Positions 18,095 through 27,445 are shown, counted from the first letter of the stretch. The stretch: DNA of 64,000 nucleotides from Chloroflexota bacterium (GCA_034435355.1 DAOTXE010000024.1:7017-71016), one strand, 5' to 3'. The notes: generated by a model not told the origin, from the letters alone. A program made the numbers and translations.

Positions 18095-18193
18095 CGAATT
18101 CCTCACGTGCGGGTATCCGGCCGGCGGTGCGACCGCCGACCCCGTTCCTCCCGGCACGCCGAAGGACCGCCGGGAAGGGGTCCGGGGAGGCTG

Positions 18194-18199
18194 TATGCT
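18194..18199 (+). promoter_or_regulatory. Possible -10 element TATGCT upstream of the asp23-DAK2-recG module
   Basis: AT-rich hexamer in the divergent rpmB/asp23 intergenic region, 47 nt upstream of ATG 18246. Confidence 0.3.
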
Positions 18200-18245
18200 A
18201 GCACATCGTTCGCAGCAAGCCGTCGATTCGCGAGGTGTTGACCCG

Positions 18246-18662
18246 ATGCCCGAGGAGCCGTTGCGTCCCGTGCCGGGTCGCGCCGTCGTGGCGCGGCGGG
18301 CGCTCCGCGAGATCGTCCACGATGCGGTCCTCGGCAGCTACGGCGTGACGGGACTTGCCGAGCCGACCCGCTGGGCGCGACTGCGGGCGCGCCTGGGACT
18401 CGGGAGCCGCGCGATCCGGGTGACCGTGCGACCGGCCGTGACGGCCGAGGTCTGGCTGACCGTGGCGTACGGCGTGCCCGTCGCCGAGGTCGCCCGGCAG
18501 GTCGATTCCGCCGTGCGTTACGCGCTCGAGCGCGCGCTCGAGCGCGCCGTCGGGCCGGTGGCGATCCACGTCCAGGGGCTGGCAGGCCGGCCCTGCACGT
18601 CGGGCACGCCCGCCCGCGCGTCGAAGGGTGCGGACTCAGGACCCGGGAGCGGGGCCGCCTAG
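18246..18662 (+). CDS. Asp23/Gls24 family envelope stress protein
   Basis: Internal ATG 18246 with GAGGTG SD. VARRALREIVHDAVLGSYGVTGL...V.V...V.V.L.V.YGV...VA..V...V. pattern. Sits upstream of a DAK2 protein as in the yloU-yloV pair. Confidence 0.8.
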   Translation: MPEEPLRPVPGRAVVARRALREIVHDAVLGSYGVTGLAEPTRWARLRARLGLGSRAIRVTVRPAVTAEVWLTVAYGVPVAEVARQVDSAVRYALERALERAVGPVAIHVQGLAGRPCTSGTPARASKGADSGPGSGAA

Positions 18663-18663
18663 C

Positions 18664-20349
18664 GTGATCAGGCTCGCCTGTGATGGCGTGGGGCTGCTCG
18701 GCGCAGTCCGGGCCGCGGTCGCCAACCTCGAGATCCACGTCGACGAGATCAACGCCCTCAATGTCTTCCCCGTCCCGGACGGAGACACGGGCTCCAACAT
18801 GTTCGCGACCTGCACGGAGATGCTCCGCTACGTGCGGGATGATTCGAGCGTGGAGAGCGTTGCCGATCGGCTGCGGGAAGGCGCGCTCTTCGGTGCCCGC
18901 GGGAACTCCGGGGTCATCCTGAGCCAGATCGTGCGCGGGCTCGCCGAGGGCTTCGCGGGCCGGCGCCGCTTCAACGGTCTCGATCTCGCGCATGCCCTCG
19001 ACTCAGCCAGCACGGCAGCGTACGGCGCGGTCCCCCGGCCGGTCGAGGGCACGATGCTCACCGTGATGCGCGAGGCTGCCGGGGCCGCGGTCGCAACGGC
19101 AGAGCGCGAGAACGACATCCGGGCCGTGCTGGCCGGCGCCACGGACGCGGCCGAGCGGGCGCTCGAGCGGACGCCGAGCCTGCTCCCGGTCCTCCGCGAC
19201 GCGGGCGTCGTCGACTCCGGTGGGGCGGGCCTCGTGCGACTCCTGGAGGGGGCCCTCCGCTTCCTCCGCGGCGAGGCCCTCGAGCCCGCGACGCAGGTCC
19301 GCGCGATCCCGAGCCCGGTTCCCGCAGGGATCGCCCAGGGCCGGACCGCCCACGGGTATGAGACCGTCTATCTGATCCGTCCGTTTCCCGGCCAGCTCCT
19401 CGACCTGGACCGGATCGCGGCCTATCTCGTGCGCACCGGCGAGTCGGTCAACGTGGCGGGCGACGCGAAGGCAGCCAAGATCCACGTTCACAGCGGGCGC
19501 CCGGACCTGGTCATGCGCCACGCGCTGCGGCTCGGCCGGATCGTCAATGCGACCGTCCTCGACCTCGATCACCAGGTGGACGAGGCGCGCGAGGCGCGGG
19601 CCGGCAGCCTCGCCGGATGCGAGGTCCCGGCGGCGAGGCCCGGCGAGATGCCCCGCGAGCCCGACGCATCCCGGGTACCGCTCGGAATCATCGCGGTCGT
19701 GCCGGGCGACGGGTTTGCGCCGTACTTTGAGGAAGCGGCGCTCAGCGGGGAGGTCGCGGTGACGATCGTGCGCGGCGGCCAGGCGGAGAACCCGAGCGCC
19801 GGGCAGATTCTCGACGCGATCCAGCGCTCGCCGGCCGAGGAGATCCTCATCCTCCCGAACAACCCCAACGTGAAGCTGGCAGCCGGGCAGGCTGCCGAGA
19901 TGTCGGACCGCCCGACCCGTGTCGTGGCCACGCGGAATGCCGGGGAGGGTCTCGCGGCCCTGCTGGCCCTGCACGTGGTCGACGGCGCGAGCGGCAACGC
20001 GGACCGGATGCTGCGCGCCAGCCGCGAGATCCAGACGATGCTCGTCACGGCGGCGGTGCGCGATGCCACCATCGGTGGCCGGCATGTGCGGCTCGGACAG
20101 ACCATGGTGCTGGACCCCGACGACGGCCTGCTGGCCGTCGGCGACGACCGAGAGGCGGCCATCCTTGATGGGCTGGGCTCGTTCGCGCCCGGCTTCGGCC
20201 TGGTGACGCTCTGGTACGGGGAGGATGCCTCGCTCACCGAGGCCGAAGGGCTCGCGCGCCGGATCCACGCGCGCTGGCCGGCGCTCGACGACGTCGAGGT
20301 CAGGACCGGCCTCCAGCCTCACTACCGCTACCTGATCAGCGCGGAGTAG
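18664..20349 (+). CDS. DAK2 domain fusion protein (YloV family)
   Basis: INALNVFPVPDGDTGSNM, GARGNSGVILSQ, DAGVVDSGG motifs (DhaL-like N-domain) plus DegV-like C-terminal half. GTG 18664 follows the asp23 stop; the track start is 18628. Confidence 0.88.
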   Translation: MIRLACDGVGLLGAVRAAVANLEIHVDEINALNVFPVPDGDTGSNMFATCTEMLRYVRDDSSVESVADRLREGALFGARGNSGVILSQIVRGLAEGFAGRRRFNGLDLAHALDSASTAAYGAVPRPVEGTMLTVMREAAGAAVATAERENDIRAVLAGATDAAERALERTPSLLPVLRDAGVVDSGGAGLVRLLEGALRFLRGEALEPATQVRAIPSPVPAGIAQGRTAHGYETVYLIRPFPGQLLDLDRIAAYLVRTGESVNVAGDAKAAKIHVHSGRPDLVMRHALRLGRIVNATVLDLDHQVDEAREARAGSLAGCEVPAARPGEMPREPDASRVPLGIIAVVPGDGFAPYFEEAALSGEVAVTIVRGGQAENPSAGQILDAIQRSPAEEILILPNNPNVKLAAGQAAEMSDRPTRVVATRNAGEGLAALLALHVVDGASGNADRMLRASREIQTMLVTAAVRDATIGGRHVRLGQTMVLDPDDGLLAVGDDREAAILDGLGSFAPGFGLVTLWYGEDASLTEAEGLARRIHARWPALDDVEVRTGLQPHYRYLISAE

Positions 20350-20356
20350 GGGAGGC

Positions 20357-22618
20357 GTGGGGACCGCGCGGCCGCAGGCCCCCGCGCCCCTGCCCGCGGA
20401 CCCGTTCGGCGTCGCGCTGGCGGCGAGCGGGCTGCCCGGTGCGAGCGTGCTCCGGCGGGTCGGGCCGCGCATCGGCCTGCGCACCGTCCGCGACCTCCTG
20501 CTCTGGCTGCCGCGCCGCTACGACGACCTGCGGGTCGCCCACGAGCTGCAGGCGCTCCGCTTCGTCGCACCTGACACGGTCGTGAGCACACGCGCAACCG
20601 TCACCCGGATTCGGGCCGGTCGCACGGCCCGGCGTGGCATCCGAGTCGTGACGGCGGACCTCGCGGACGCGACCGGGACGGCCGAGGCCCAGTGGTACGG
20701 GCGCCAGTTCGTGGAGCGGCGGCTGCACGAGGGGGACGAGCTGCTCTTCTCCGGCAAACTGAAGATCCGGGGCGCGACGGTGCTGCTGGACAACCCGGCC
20801 TTCCAGCCCCCCGAAGGCGACCTCCTCCACGTCGGCCGGATCGTGCCGGTCTACCGCCTGACTGCAGGGCTCCCGGTCCGCACCCTCCGCGCCGCCGTCC
20901 GCGCAGCGCTCGATCGCCCTCCCGGCTACCGCGAGTATCTCCCGTCGTCGATCCGGCGCGACCTTGGGCTGATGGGGATCGCGGAGGCGCTCGCCCAGGT
21001 GCACTTCCCGGACGACTTCGAGCGGCGCGACGCGGCGCTTCGGCGCATCGCCTTCGACGAGCTGCTCGCCCTCCAGGTGGGCATGGTCGGAAGGCGTCGC
21101 GAGCGAGCGGTGGCGGCGTCCGTCTCGATCGCGACCGCCCGAGGACGCGACGCGGACGTGCGGCGGGCCCTCGCCGAGGGGCTCGCGCTCCGCCTGGGCC
21201 GCGTGGCGGCGCTCACGGCCGACCAGGAGCGCGCGATGGACGCGGTGCGCGACGACGTTGCCGGACCCCACCCGATGCTGCGCCTCCTCCAGGGTGACGT
21301 CGGGTCGGGCAAGACTGCGGTTGCGGCGTACGCCCTGGCCCTCGCAGCCGGCGCCGGCGTCCAGGCTGCGATGCTCGCGCCGACGGACCTCCTGGCGCGG
21401 CAGCACGCGGCGACCCTCGACGACTTCCTCCGACCGCTGGGGATCGCGGTTGAGCTTCTCACCGGCTCGCTCGCGGGCCCAGAGTCGCGCCGCGTCCTGC
21501 AGGCGCTCGCCGACGGGCGGGCCCAGGTGGTCGTCGGGACGCACGCGCTCTTCGCCGAGCGCGTCGCGTACGCGCGTCTCGGCCTGGTGGTGGTCGACGA
21601 GCAGCACCGCTTCGGGGTGGAGCAGCGCAACGCGCTCGAGGCGAAGACCCGTGGCGGGGCAGCGCACGTCCTGCTCATGACCGCGACGCCCATCCCGCGC
21701 ACGATCGGGCAGGTGCTGTACGCGGATCTCGACGTCACCGACCTGCGGACGGCACCGTCCGGACGCCTCCCGATCCGCACCGGGCTCCGCCACCCGGACC
21801 ACCTCGACCGCCTCTGGACGTTCGTGGTCCACGAAGCGGCGGCCGGAAGACAGACGTTTGTCGTCGTCCCGCACATCGACGAAGCCGACGAGTCCGCGGG
21901 TGATGCCGCCGCCGACGTCGCCGGGGCGGAGGCCGAGGCAGTCCGCCTGCGTTCGCTCCTGAACGACGCCGAGCGGCGCGCGGCGGCCGGCCTCACGCGC
22001 GAGACCTCCGTGGACGTGGTCCACGGCCGGCTTCGCCCGGCCGAGCGCGACGCCGCCATGTCCCGGTTCCGCGACGGAGCGGTCGACGTGCTCGTCGGCA
22101 CGACGGTCGTGGAGGTCGGGGTTGACGTCCCGGCGGCAAGCGTGATGGTGATCGAGGGCGCCGAGCGCTTCGGGGTGGCCCAGCTCCATCAGCTCCGTGG
22201 CCGCGTCGGCCGGGCATCCGACCAGGGCTGGTGCGTCCTGGTGAGCGACCAGCTGCCGGCGGACGAGCGTCGAGCCGCGGAGCTGGAGCGCGGCGAGATC
22301 GAACCGCTCGGCCCGGAGCAGGCGCGCCTGGCCGCCGTCGCGCGGCTGAACGACGGCTTCGCGCTCGCAGAGGTCGACTTCGCGCAGCGGCGCGAAGGTG
22401 ACGTGCTCGGCTACGCCCAGCACGGGTTGCCGCGCCTTCGGGTCGCCACGCTCGCCCGCGCCGACCATCGGGCCCTCGCCGTGGAAGCCCGGCGGCGGGC
22501 GGAGGCCTTCGTGCTCGCCGACGGTGGCGTTGCGCGTGCCGGTGCCGCGTTCGCGGACGAGATCGATCGCGGGTGGCTTCGCGATCTCGCGGCAGGCGAA
22601 CCGGCGACGGGCGCGTAG
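20357..22618 (+). CDS. recG: ATP-dependent DNA helicase RecG
   Basis: Wedge/OB N-domain, LLQGDVGSGKTAVA, VVDEQHRFGV, MTATPIPRT, VVEVGVDVP, QLHQLRGRVGR. Confidence 0.93.
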   Translation: MGTARPQAPAPLPADPFGVALAASGLPGASVLRRVGPRIGLRTVRDLLLWLPRRYDDLRVAHELQALRFVAPDTVVSTRATVTRIRAGRTARRGIRVVTADLADATGTAEAQWYGRQFVERRLHEGDELLFSGKLKIRGATVLLDNPAFQPPEGDLLHVGRIVPVYRLTAGLPVRTLRAAVRAALDRPPGYREYLPSSIRRDLGLMGIAEALAQVHFPDDFERRDAALRRIAFDELLALQVGMVGRRRERAVAASVSIATARGRDADVRRALAEGLALRLGRVAALTADQERAMDAVRDDVAGPHPMLRLLQGDVGSGKTAVAAYALALAAGAGVQAAMLAPTDLLARQHAATLDDFLRPLGIAVELLTGSLAGPESRRVLQALADGRAQVVVGTHALFAERVAYARLGLVVVDEQHRFGVEQRNALEAKTRGGAAHVLLMTATPIPRTIGQVLYADLDVTDLRTAPSGRLPIRTGLRHPDHLDRLWTFVVHEAAAGRQTFVVVPHIDEADESAGDAAADVAGAEAEAVRLRSLLNDAERRAAAGLTRETSVDVVHGRLRPAERDAAMSRFRDGAVDVLVGTTVVEVGVDVPAASVMVIEGAERFGVAQLHQLRGRVGRASDQGWCVLVSDQLPADERRAAELERGEIEPLGPEQARLAAVARLNDGFALAEVDFAQRREGDVLGYAQHGLPRLRVATLARADHRALAVEARRRAEAFVLADGGVARAGAAFADEIDRGWLRDLAAGEPATGA

Positions 22619-22620
22619 CC

Positions 22621-23220
22621 GTGGCCGAGGCGGGTCGCGTGATCGCGGGCACGGCGCGTGGAACCCGGCTGCTCGCGCCCGGCCCCGGGACCAGGCCGCT
22701 GGCAGACCGCGTGAAGCAGGCCGTCTTCGGGTCGCTCGAGCCGTCGCTCCCTGGGGCGTGCGTGCTCGACCTCTGCGCCGGGAGCGGTGGCGCGGCGATC
22801 GAGGCGCTGTCGCGCGGCGCCGACAGCGCCGTCCTGGTGGAGCGGGACGCCGGCACCTGTCGCGTGATCGCGGAGAACCTCCGCCGTGCGAGCCTGGCGG
22901 AGCGAGCGCGGGTCGTCCGCGCCGACGCGCTCGTCTACCTGCGTCGCGGGGCGGACGGCGACGGCCCGTTCGGGCTCGTCGTCCTCGATCCGCCGTATGC
23001 CGACGTCGAGCTGCGGGAGGCGTGTCTCCGCGCGCTGGGGTCGCCGGATGGACCGCTCCTGACCGAAGCCCTGGTCGTCGCCACGAGCTTCGGAAAGCGG
23101 CCTCCGCCGGCTGCCGTGGGGCTGCTACGATCGACCCGGGTGCGCCGGTTCGGCGAGACCCTCGTCGTCTTCTACGTTCGTGCCGCGGCGGACCAGGCGT
23201 TCCCGCCCTCCGGTGCCTGA
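22621..23220 (+). CDS. rsmD: 16S rRNA (guanine966-N2)-methyltransferase RsmD
   Basis: VIAGTARGTRL, R.LADRVKQA.F, VLDLCAGSGGAAIEALSRGA, VVLDPPYA. Start uncertain (GTG 22621 or 22639; track 22573 overlaps recG). Confidence 0.85.
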   Translation: MAEAGRVIAGTARGTRLLAPGPGTRPLADRVKQAVFGSLEPSLPGACVLDLCAGSGGAAIEALSRGADSAVLVERDAGTCRVIAENLRRASLAERARVVRADALVYLRRGADGDGPFGLVVLDPPYADVELREACLRALGSPDGPLLTEALVVATSFGKRPPPAAVGLLRSTRVRRFGETLVVFYVRAAADQAFPPSGA

Positions 23221-23233
23221 GGTGGAGCGTGTC

Positions 23234-23752
23234 ATGCGCGTGGCGATCTACCCGGGTTCGTTCGATCCCATCACGATGGGCCACGTGGACGTGCTGTGTC
23301 GCGCGCTGGGTGTCTTCGACCGGGTCGTCGTCGCCGTCCTCCTCAACCCGAAGAAGCTCCCGATGCTCGACATCGACGCGCGGGTCGCGGCGATCAGGTC
23401 CGGCGTCGGCGAGGTGCTCCCCGGCCTCGCCGACCGCGTCGACGTTCGCCCCTTCGCCGGCCTGACGGTCGATGCCTGCCGTCAGACGGACGCGCGCTTC
23501 ATCGTGCGCGGGCTGCGTGCCGTGAGCGATTTCGAGGCGGAGCTCCAGATGGCCCACATGAACCACCGTCTTGCCCCGGAGATCGACACGGTCTTCTTCA
23601 TGACCGCGCTCGAATACAGCTACCTGTCGTCGAGCCTGGTGCGGGAGATCGTGCGCTTCGGCGGCGACCCGACGGGGATGGTCCCGCCATCGGTGGCGGA
23701 CCGGCTGTCTGCCGCGGCGGCGGCCGAGGGCGCGCCCGGCCGCGTGCGATAA
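23234..23752 (+). CDS. coaD: Phosphopantetheine adenylyltransferase
   Basis: MRVAIYPGSFDPITMGHVDV, RGLRAVSDFE.E, SSS.VREI. Confidence 0.94.
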   Translation: MRVAIYPGSFDPITMGHVDVLCRALGVFDRVVVAVLLNPKKLPMLDIDARVAAIRSGVGEVLPGLADRVDVRPFAGLTVDACRQTDARFIVRGLRAVSDFEAELQMAHMNHRLAPEIDTVFFMTALEYSYLSSSLVREIVRFGGDPTGMVPPSVADRLSAAAAAEGAPGRVR

Positions 23753-23753
23753 T
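23748..23753 (+). promoter_or_regulatory. Possible extended -10 element TGcGATAAT over the coaD stop
   Basis: TGCGATAAT at 23745-23753, 58 nt upstream of ATG 23811. Confidence 0.3.
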
Positions 23754-23810
23754 CCGCCCCATACCGGGCGGCCTCGACGCCCGCGCGCGGAGGGCGATCC
23801 CATCGACATC

Positions 23811-24329
23811 ATGTTCTTCGTCGAGCGGCTCGAGGCGATGATCGCCAACGGGCGGAAGCTCCCCCTGACGTCGAACGTCGTCGTCGACCAGGCGGCTGCG
23901 CTCGACCTCGTGGACGAGCTCCGCCACGCCGTGCCGGAGGAGGTCCAGTCGGCTCGCCGGATCAATGCCGAGGGCGAGCGAATCCTCGAGCGAGCGCAGC
24001 AGGAATCCGAGCGGATCATCGCCAAGGCACAGGAGCAGGCGGCGTTCCTGATCGACGAGCGTGGCCTGACCGAAGCGGCGGAGGCGGAGGGTCGGCGGAT
24101 CGTCGAGGACGCCCTTGCCGAGGCGGCCGACGTCCGGCGTGGCTCGGACGAGTACGCGGCGGACGTCCTGGTGCACCTCGAGGGCGAGATCGTCAAGGCG
24201 CTCCAGAGCATCCGCCGGGGGATCGAGATGCTCGACGAGCGCCGCGTCCCGGCCGATGATCCGACCAGGGGCGAGCTCGACGACGAAGACTCGGATGGCG
24301 CAGCCAGGGACCCCGGTTCCGGCAGGTGA
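23811..24329 (+). CDS. Hypothetical coiled-coil protein (ATP-synthase-b/DivIVA-like heptads), conserved position between coaD and yceD
   Basis: 172 aa; a long Glu/Ala/Arg helical stretch (AEGERILERAQQESERIIAKAQEQAAFLIDERGLTEAAEAEGRRIVEDALAEA). No catalytic motif recognised. Confidence 0.6.
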   Translation: MFFVERLEAMIANGRKLPLTSNVVVDQAAALDLVDELRHAVPEEVQSARRINAEGERILERAQQESERIIAKAQEQAAFLIDERGLTEAAEAEGRRIVEDALAEAADVRRGSDEYAADVLVHLEGEIVKALQSIRRGIEMLDERRVPADDPTRGELDDEDSDGAARDPGSGR

Positions 24330-24883
24330 GCGCGGCGCCGGACGAGCAGCCGCTCCTCTACAACGTCTCGGGGCTCCTCGGCGAGGCGCCGGGATCGGTA
24401 CGTGACATCGCGTTCGCAGCCGTTACGCTGGACCTGGGGGAGGACCTCGTCCTCGCGGAGCCGGTCGCCGGCTCCGCGCACCTGGCGCGGACGAATCGCG
24501 GGCTCCTGGTGACCGGCCATGTCGCCGCCGTGCTTGCAGACACCTGCGGGCGCTGCCTGGTCCCCGTTCGCATTCCGCTCGCGCTCGACTTCGACGAGGA
24601 GTTCCTGCCGAGCGTCGACCTCGGGTCCGGTCAGCCGCTCGACAGGGCCGTTGAGCCCGAGGTCCCACGCCTCACCGATCACCACGAGGTCGACCTGGAG
24701 ACGCCCGTCCGGGAGGCGATCCAGCTCGCGGCGCCGATCGTCCCGCTCTGCCGCCCCGACTGCCTGGGCCTGTGCCCGCTGTGCGGCGCCGACCGGAACC
24801 TCGGCCCGCACGTCCACGCCGACACCGGCGGCGACCCCCGCCTCGAGGCGTTGCGCGACTTCCACCCGGACGCGGAAGGCTGA
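24326..24883 (+). CDS. yceD: YceD/DUF177 family ribosome-maturation protein
   Basis: CGRCL.P, acidic middle, C..DC.GLCP.CG..N Cys pairs; lies immediately upstream of rpmF as in yceD-rpmF-plsX. Confidence 0.88.
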   Translation: MSAAPDEQPLLYNVSGLLGEAPGSVRDIAFAAVTLDLGEDLVLAEPVAGSAHLARTNRGLLVTGHVAAVLADTCGRCLVPVRIPLALDFDEEFLPSVDLGSGQPLDRAVEPEVPRLTDHHEVDLETPVREAIQLAAPIVPLCRPDCLGLCPLCGADRNLGPHVHADTGGDPRLEALRDFHPDAEG

Positions 24884-24890
24884 AACCCGC

Positions 24891-24896
24891 TACACT
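24891..24896 (+). promoter_or_regulatory. Putative -10 element TACACT upstream of rpmF-plsX
   Basis: TACACTCGGC, a member of the recurring motif, 8 nt after the yceD stop and 105 nt before the rpmF ATG. Confidence 0.35.
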
Positions 24897-25001
24897 CGGC
24901 CCTCGGCTCGTCGCGCGGTGTGCGACGACGCGCCACGGACCCGATGAGCCGGCGGTCACCGCGCCCGCCTGCCGCCCGACACCAGAGGAGCGACCACCCC
25001 G

Positions 25002-25202
25002 ATGGGTCTCCCCAAGCGCAAGGTCTCGCATGCCCGCCAGGGCGACCGCCGCGCGCACCTCGCGCTGACCGCGCCCAGCCTCGTCGAGTGCTCGCACTGT
25101 CACCAGATGCGGCGCTCCCACCACGCCTGTCCGAACTGCGGCTACTACCGCGGACGCCCTGTGGTGGAGATGAAGACGAAGGGCGGCGAGGCCGCCTCCT
25201 GA
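25002..25202 (+). CDS. rpmF: 50S ribosomal protein L32
   Basis: MGLPKRKVSHARQGDRRAH...C..C......H..CP.CG.Y.GR. Confidence 0.95.
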   Translation: MGLPKRKVSHARQGDRRAHLALTAPSLVECSHCHQMRRSHHACPNCGYYRGRPVVEMKTKGGEAAS

Positions 25203-25250
25203 CGGCCGGCCCGGCGCCGCGAGCCCGGCGCCCCATCACGGAGTCCGCCG

Positions 25251-26363
25251 ATGGATCTCGCGACCGTCCGCGGCGTCGAACGAACCCGGAAGGTCCGCCT
25301 CGCGATCGACGCGATGGGCGGCGACTTCGCGCCGGACGAGGTCGTGGCCGGCGCCCTGCTGTACGCCGCCGAGTTCGCCGACGACGAGCTCATCCTGGTC
25401 GGTATCCCCGACCGGATCCGCGCGCTGGCCGGGGCCACGCTTCCTGCGAACGTCCGGCTCGAGCCGGCGGCCCAGGTCATCGAGATGGACGAGCACCCGG
25501 CCCTGGCTCTCCGGGAGAAGCGCGAGGCCTCGATCCTGGTCGCGTGCGACCTCGTGAGGCAGGGTCGAGCGGATGCCGTGATCACGGCCGGGCACACCGG
25601 CGCGGCGATGGCGGCCGCGGTGCTCCGGCTCGGCCGCGTCCGGGGGGTCGACCGGCCGGCGCTGGCGATCCAGCTCATCACGGACTCGGGTCCGTTCGTG
25701 CTCCTCGATATCGGTGCGAACCCGGATTCGACGCCCGAGAATTTGCTCCAGTACGCCCACATGGGATCGCTCTTCGCCGAACGCGCCCTGGGCGTGACGA
25801 GCCCGCGCGTCGCCCTCCTCTCCATCGGCGAGGAGAAGGGGAAGGGTGACGCCCGGATCCAGGCGGCGACGGTGCTGCTCGACGAGTCCGGCCTGAACTT
25901 CACCGGGAACGTGGAGGGCAAGGACCTCGTCCACCACCCGGCCGACGTGGTCGTGTGCGACGCGGTGCTTGGCAACGTGACGATCAAGTTCTTCGAGGGC
26001 CTCTCGGGGTTCATCTTCGACCAGTGGCGGAAAGAGTTCGCGGCCGGCCTGCGCGGGCGCATCGCCTACCTGCTCATGCGGCCGGGGATCGACCGGATCC
26101 GCGCCACCTTCGACTACGAGGCCCTCGGCGGGTCGCCGCTCCTCGGCGTGCGGGGCACCGTGATCATCACCCACGGCCGGGCGAAGCGGCGGATGATCAC
26201 GCACGCGATTGCCGTTGGAGCGGCGGCGGCCCGCGTCCAGCTGCCAGACCTGATCGGCGAGACCTTCCGGAGCCCGCGCGCGGCGGGACCCGGTGTCGCG
26301 GGCGACGGGGTGGATGCGGGCACTGTTCCGGTGTCGCCCCATGCCAGCGGAGCGAGGCCGTGA
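25251..26363 (+). CDS. plsX: Phosphate acyltransferase PlsX
   Basis: IAIDAMGGDFAP, DAVITAGHTGA, GANPDS, LLSIGEEKGKG, GNVEG.D, GTVIITHGRA. Confidence 0.94.
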   Translation: MDLATVRGVERTRKVRLAIDAMGGDFAPDEVVAGALLYAAEFADDELILVGIPDRIRALAGATLPANVRLEPAAQVIEMDEHPALALREKREASILVACDLVRQGRADAVITAGHTGAAMAAAVLRLGRVRGVDRPALAIQLITDSGPFVLLDIGANPDSTPENLLQYAHMGSLFAERALGVTSPRVALLSIGEEKGKGDARIQAATVLLDESGLNFTGNVEGKDLVHHPADVVVCDAVLGNVTIKFFEGLSGFIFDQWRKEFAAGLRGRIAYLLMRPGIDRIRATFDYEALGGSPLLGVRGTVIITHGRAKRRMITHAIAVGAAAARVQLPDLIGETFRSPRAAGPGVAGDGVDAGTVPVSPHASGARP

Positions 26364-26674
26364 GCGGCCCCGGGCTCGCGGTCAGCCACCCCGTCATTCG
26401 CGACGTGGTGCGGCGAGCTGCGCTCGAAGTGCCCGGTGTGATGCGGGTCGGGCGAGGCGGCCCGGCGTGGCGACGCGCCCTGTCCGGTCGACCGGTCCGG
26501 GTCCGGCTCCGAAACGGTGCCGTGGACGCGCGCATCGTGGTCGTGGCGCGCGCCGCACAACCACTGCCGGACCTGGCGACCGAGGTGCAGGCCGCGGTGG
26601 GTGCCGCGATCGTGCGCCTGCTCGGGCTCGAGCTGGGGGCCGTCAGCGTCGTCATCGACGGCGTCGGTGCCTGA
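26360..26674 (+). CDS. Asp23/Gls24 family protein (second paralogue, 104 aa)
   Basis: GTG 26360 (GTGA overlap with plsX stop). VIRDVVRRAALEVPGV......V.V......VD..IVVV......LPDLATEVQAAV..A. Directly precedes nusB as in yqhY-nusB. Confidence 0.7.
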   Translation: MSGPGLAVSHPVIRDVVRRAALEVPGVMRVGRGGPAWRRALSGRPVRVRLRNGAVDARIVVVARAAQPLPDLATEVQAAVGAAIVRLLGLELGAVSVVIDGVGA

Positions 26675-27233
26675 GCCGGGGACGCGGCACGGGGCGGGGC
26701 GGGCGCCGCGAACGGGGCTGCACAACGACCTGCCTCGCGCTCGCCATGCGGCACGACGCCTCGCGCTCGCGTCACTCTTCGAAGCCGAGTTCGGTCAGCG
26801 GACTGCCGGGGCGATCCTGGAGCGGCACCTCGCCGAGACGGAGGGCGACCCGGAGACCGCGATCTATGCGCGCTTCCTGGTGGGCACCGCGGCCGCGCAC
26901 CGGGTCGCGGTGGACGCGCGGATCGAGGCGGTCGCGCCGCAATACCCGCTCACCACGCTTGCGCGGATGGACCGCGTCCTGCTCCGTCTGGGCCTGACCG
27001 AGGTGCTACACTCGCCCGCAACGCCGGCCCGCGTGGCGATCGCCGAATGGGTCGAGCTGGCAAGGGTCTACGGAGGTGACCCGGCCCGTCGCCTGGTGAA
27101 CGGTGTCCTCGGACGAGTCGCCAGGGAGACCGATGCCGGTGCTCTCGACGGGCCCATCGACAACCCGGACCCCGTCGAACCCGCAGGACTCCAGGAGGGT
27201 GCAGGCAAGTGGCGACCACCTACGAGCGGCTGA
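26667..27233 (+). CDS. nusB: Transcription antitermination factor NusB
   Basis: [58 protein letters not shown]. Start uncertain: GTG 26667 is the only canonical in-frame start near the domain. The 3' end overlaps acpP by 25 nt. Confidence 0.8.
   Translation: MPEPGTRHGAGRAPRTGLHNDLPRARHAARRLALASLFEAEFGQRTAGAILERHLAETEGDPETAIYARFLVGTAAAHRVAVDARIEAVAPQYPLTTLARMDRVLLRLGLTEVLHSPATPARVAIAEWVELARVYGGDPARRLVNGVLGRVARETDAGALDGPIDNPDPVEPAGLQEGAGKWRPPTSG
27007..27012 (+). promoter_or_regulatory. Possible internal extended -10 element TGcTACACT inside nusB, upstream of acpP
   Basis: TGCTACACTCGCC matches the recurring motif, about 200 nt upstream of acpP. It lies in coding sequence, so chance occurrence cannot be excluded. 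Confidence 0.2.
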
Positions 27234-27445
27234 AGAAGATCGTCGTCGAGCAGCTCGGCGTCGACGAGACAGAGGTCACGCCCGAAGCCTCGTTCGTCGA
27301 TGACCTGAACGCGGACTCGCTCGATCTCGTCGAGCTCATCATGAGCCTCGAGGAGGAGTTCGGGATCGAGATCTCGGACGAGGAAGCCGAGAAGATCCGG
27401 ACCGTGCAGGACGCCTCCGACTACATCGACGAGCACGCCAGCTGA
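27209..27445 (+). CDS. acpP: Acyl carrier protein
   Basis: 78 aa. [33 protein letters not shown] carries the phosphopantetheine DSL motif. GTG start with AGGAGGG SD 9 nt upstream. Confidence 0.95.
   Translation: MATTYERLKKIVVEQLGVDETEVTPEASFVDDLNADSLDLVELIMSLEEEFGIEISDEEAEKIRTVQDASDYIDEHAS

Noticed and set aside
20336-24865. 1509-aa ORF on the minus strand spanning recG to yceD
   Set aside because: It is antisense to five well-supported + strand genes. The translation is Arg/Pro/Ala/Gly low-complexity with no catalytic or structural motifs. Long stop-free antisense frames are expected at this GC content and GC3 bias.
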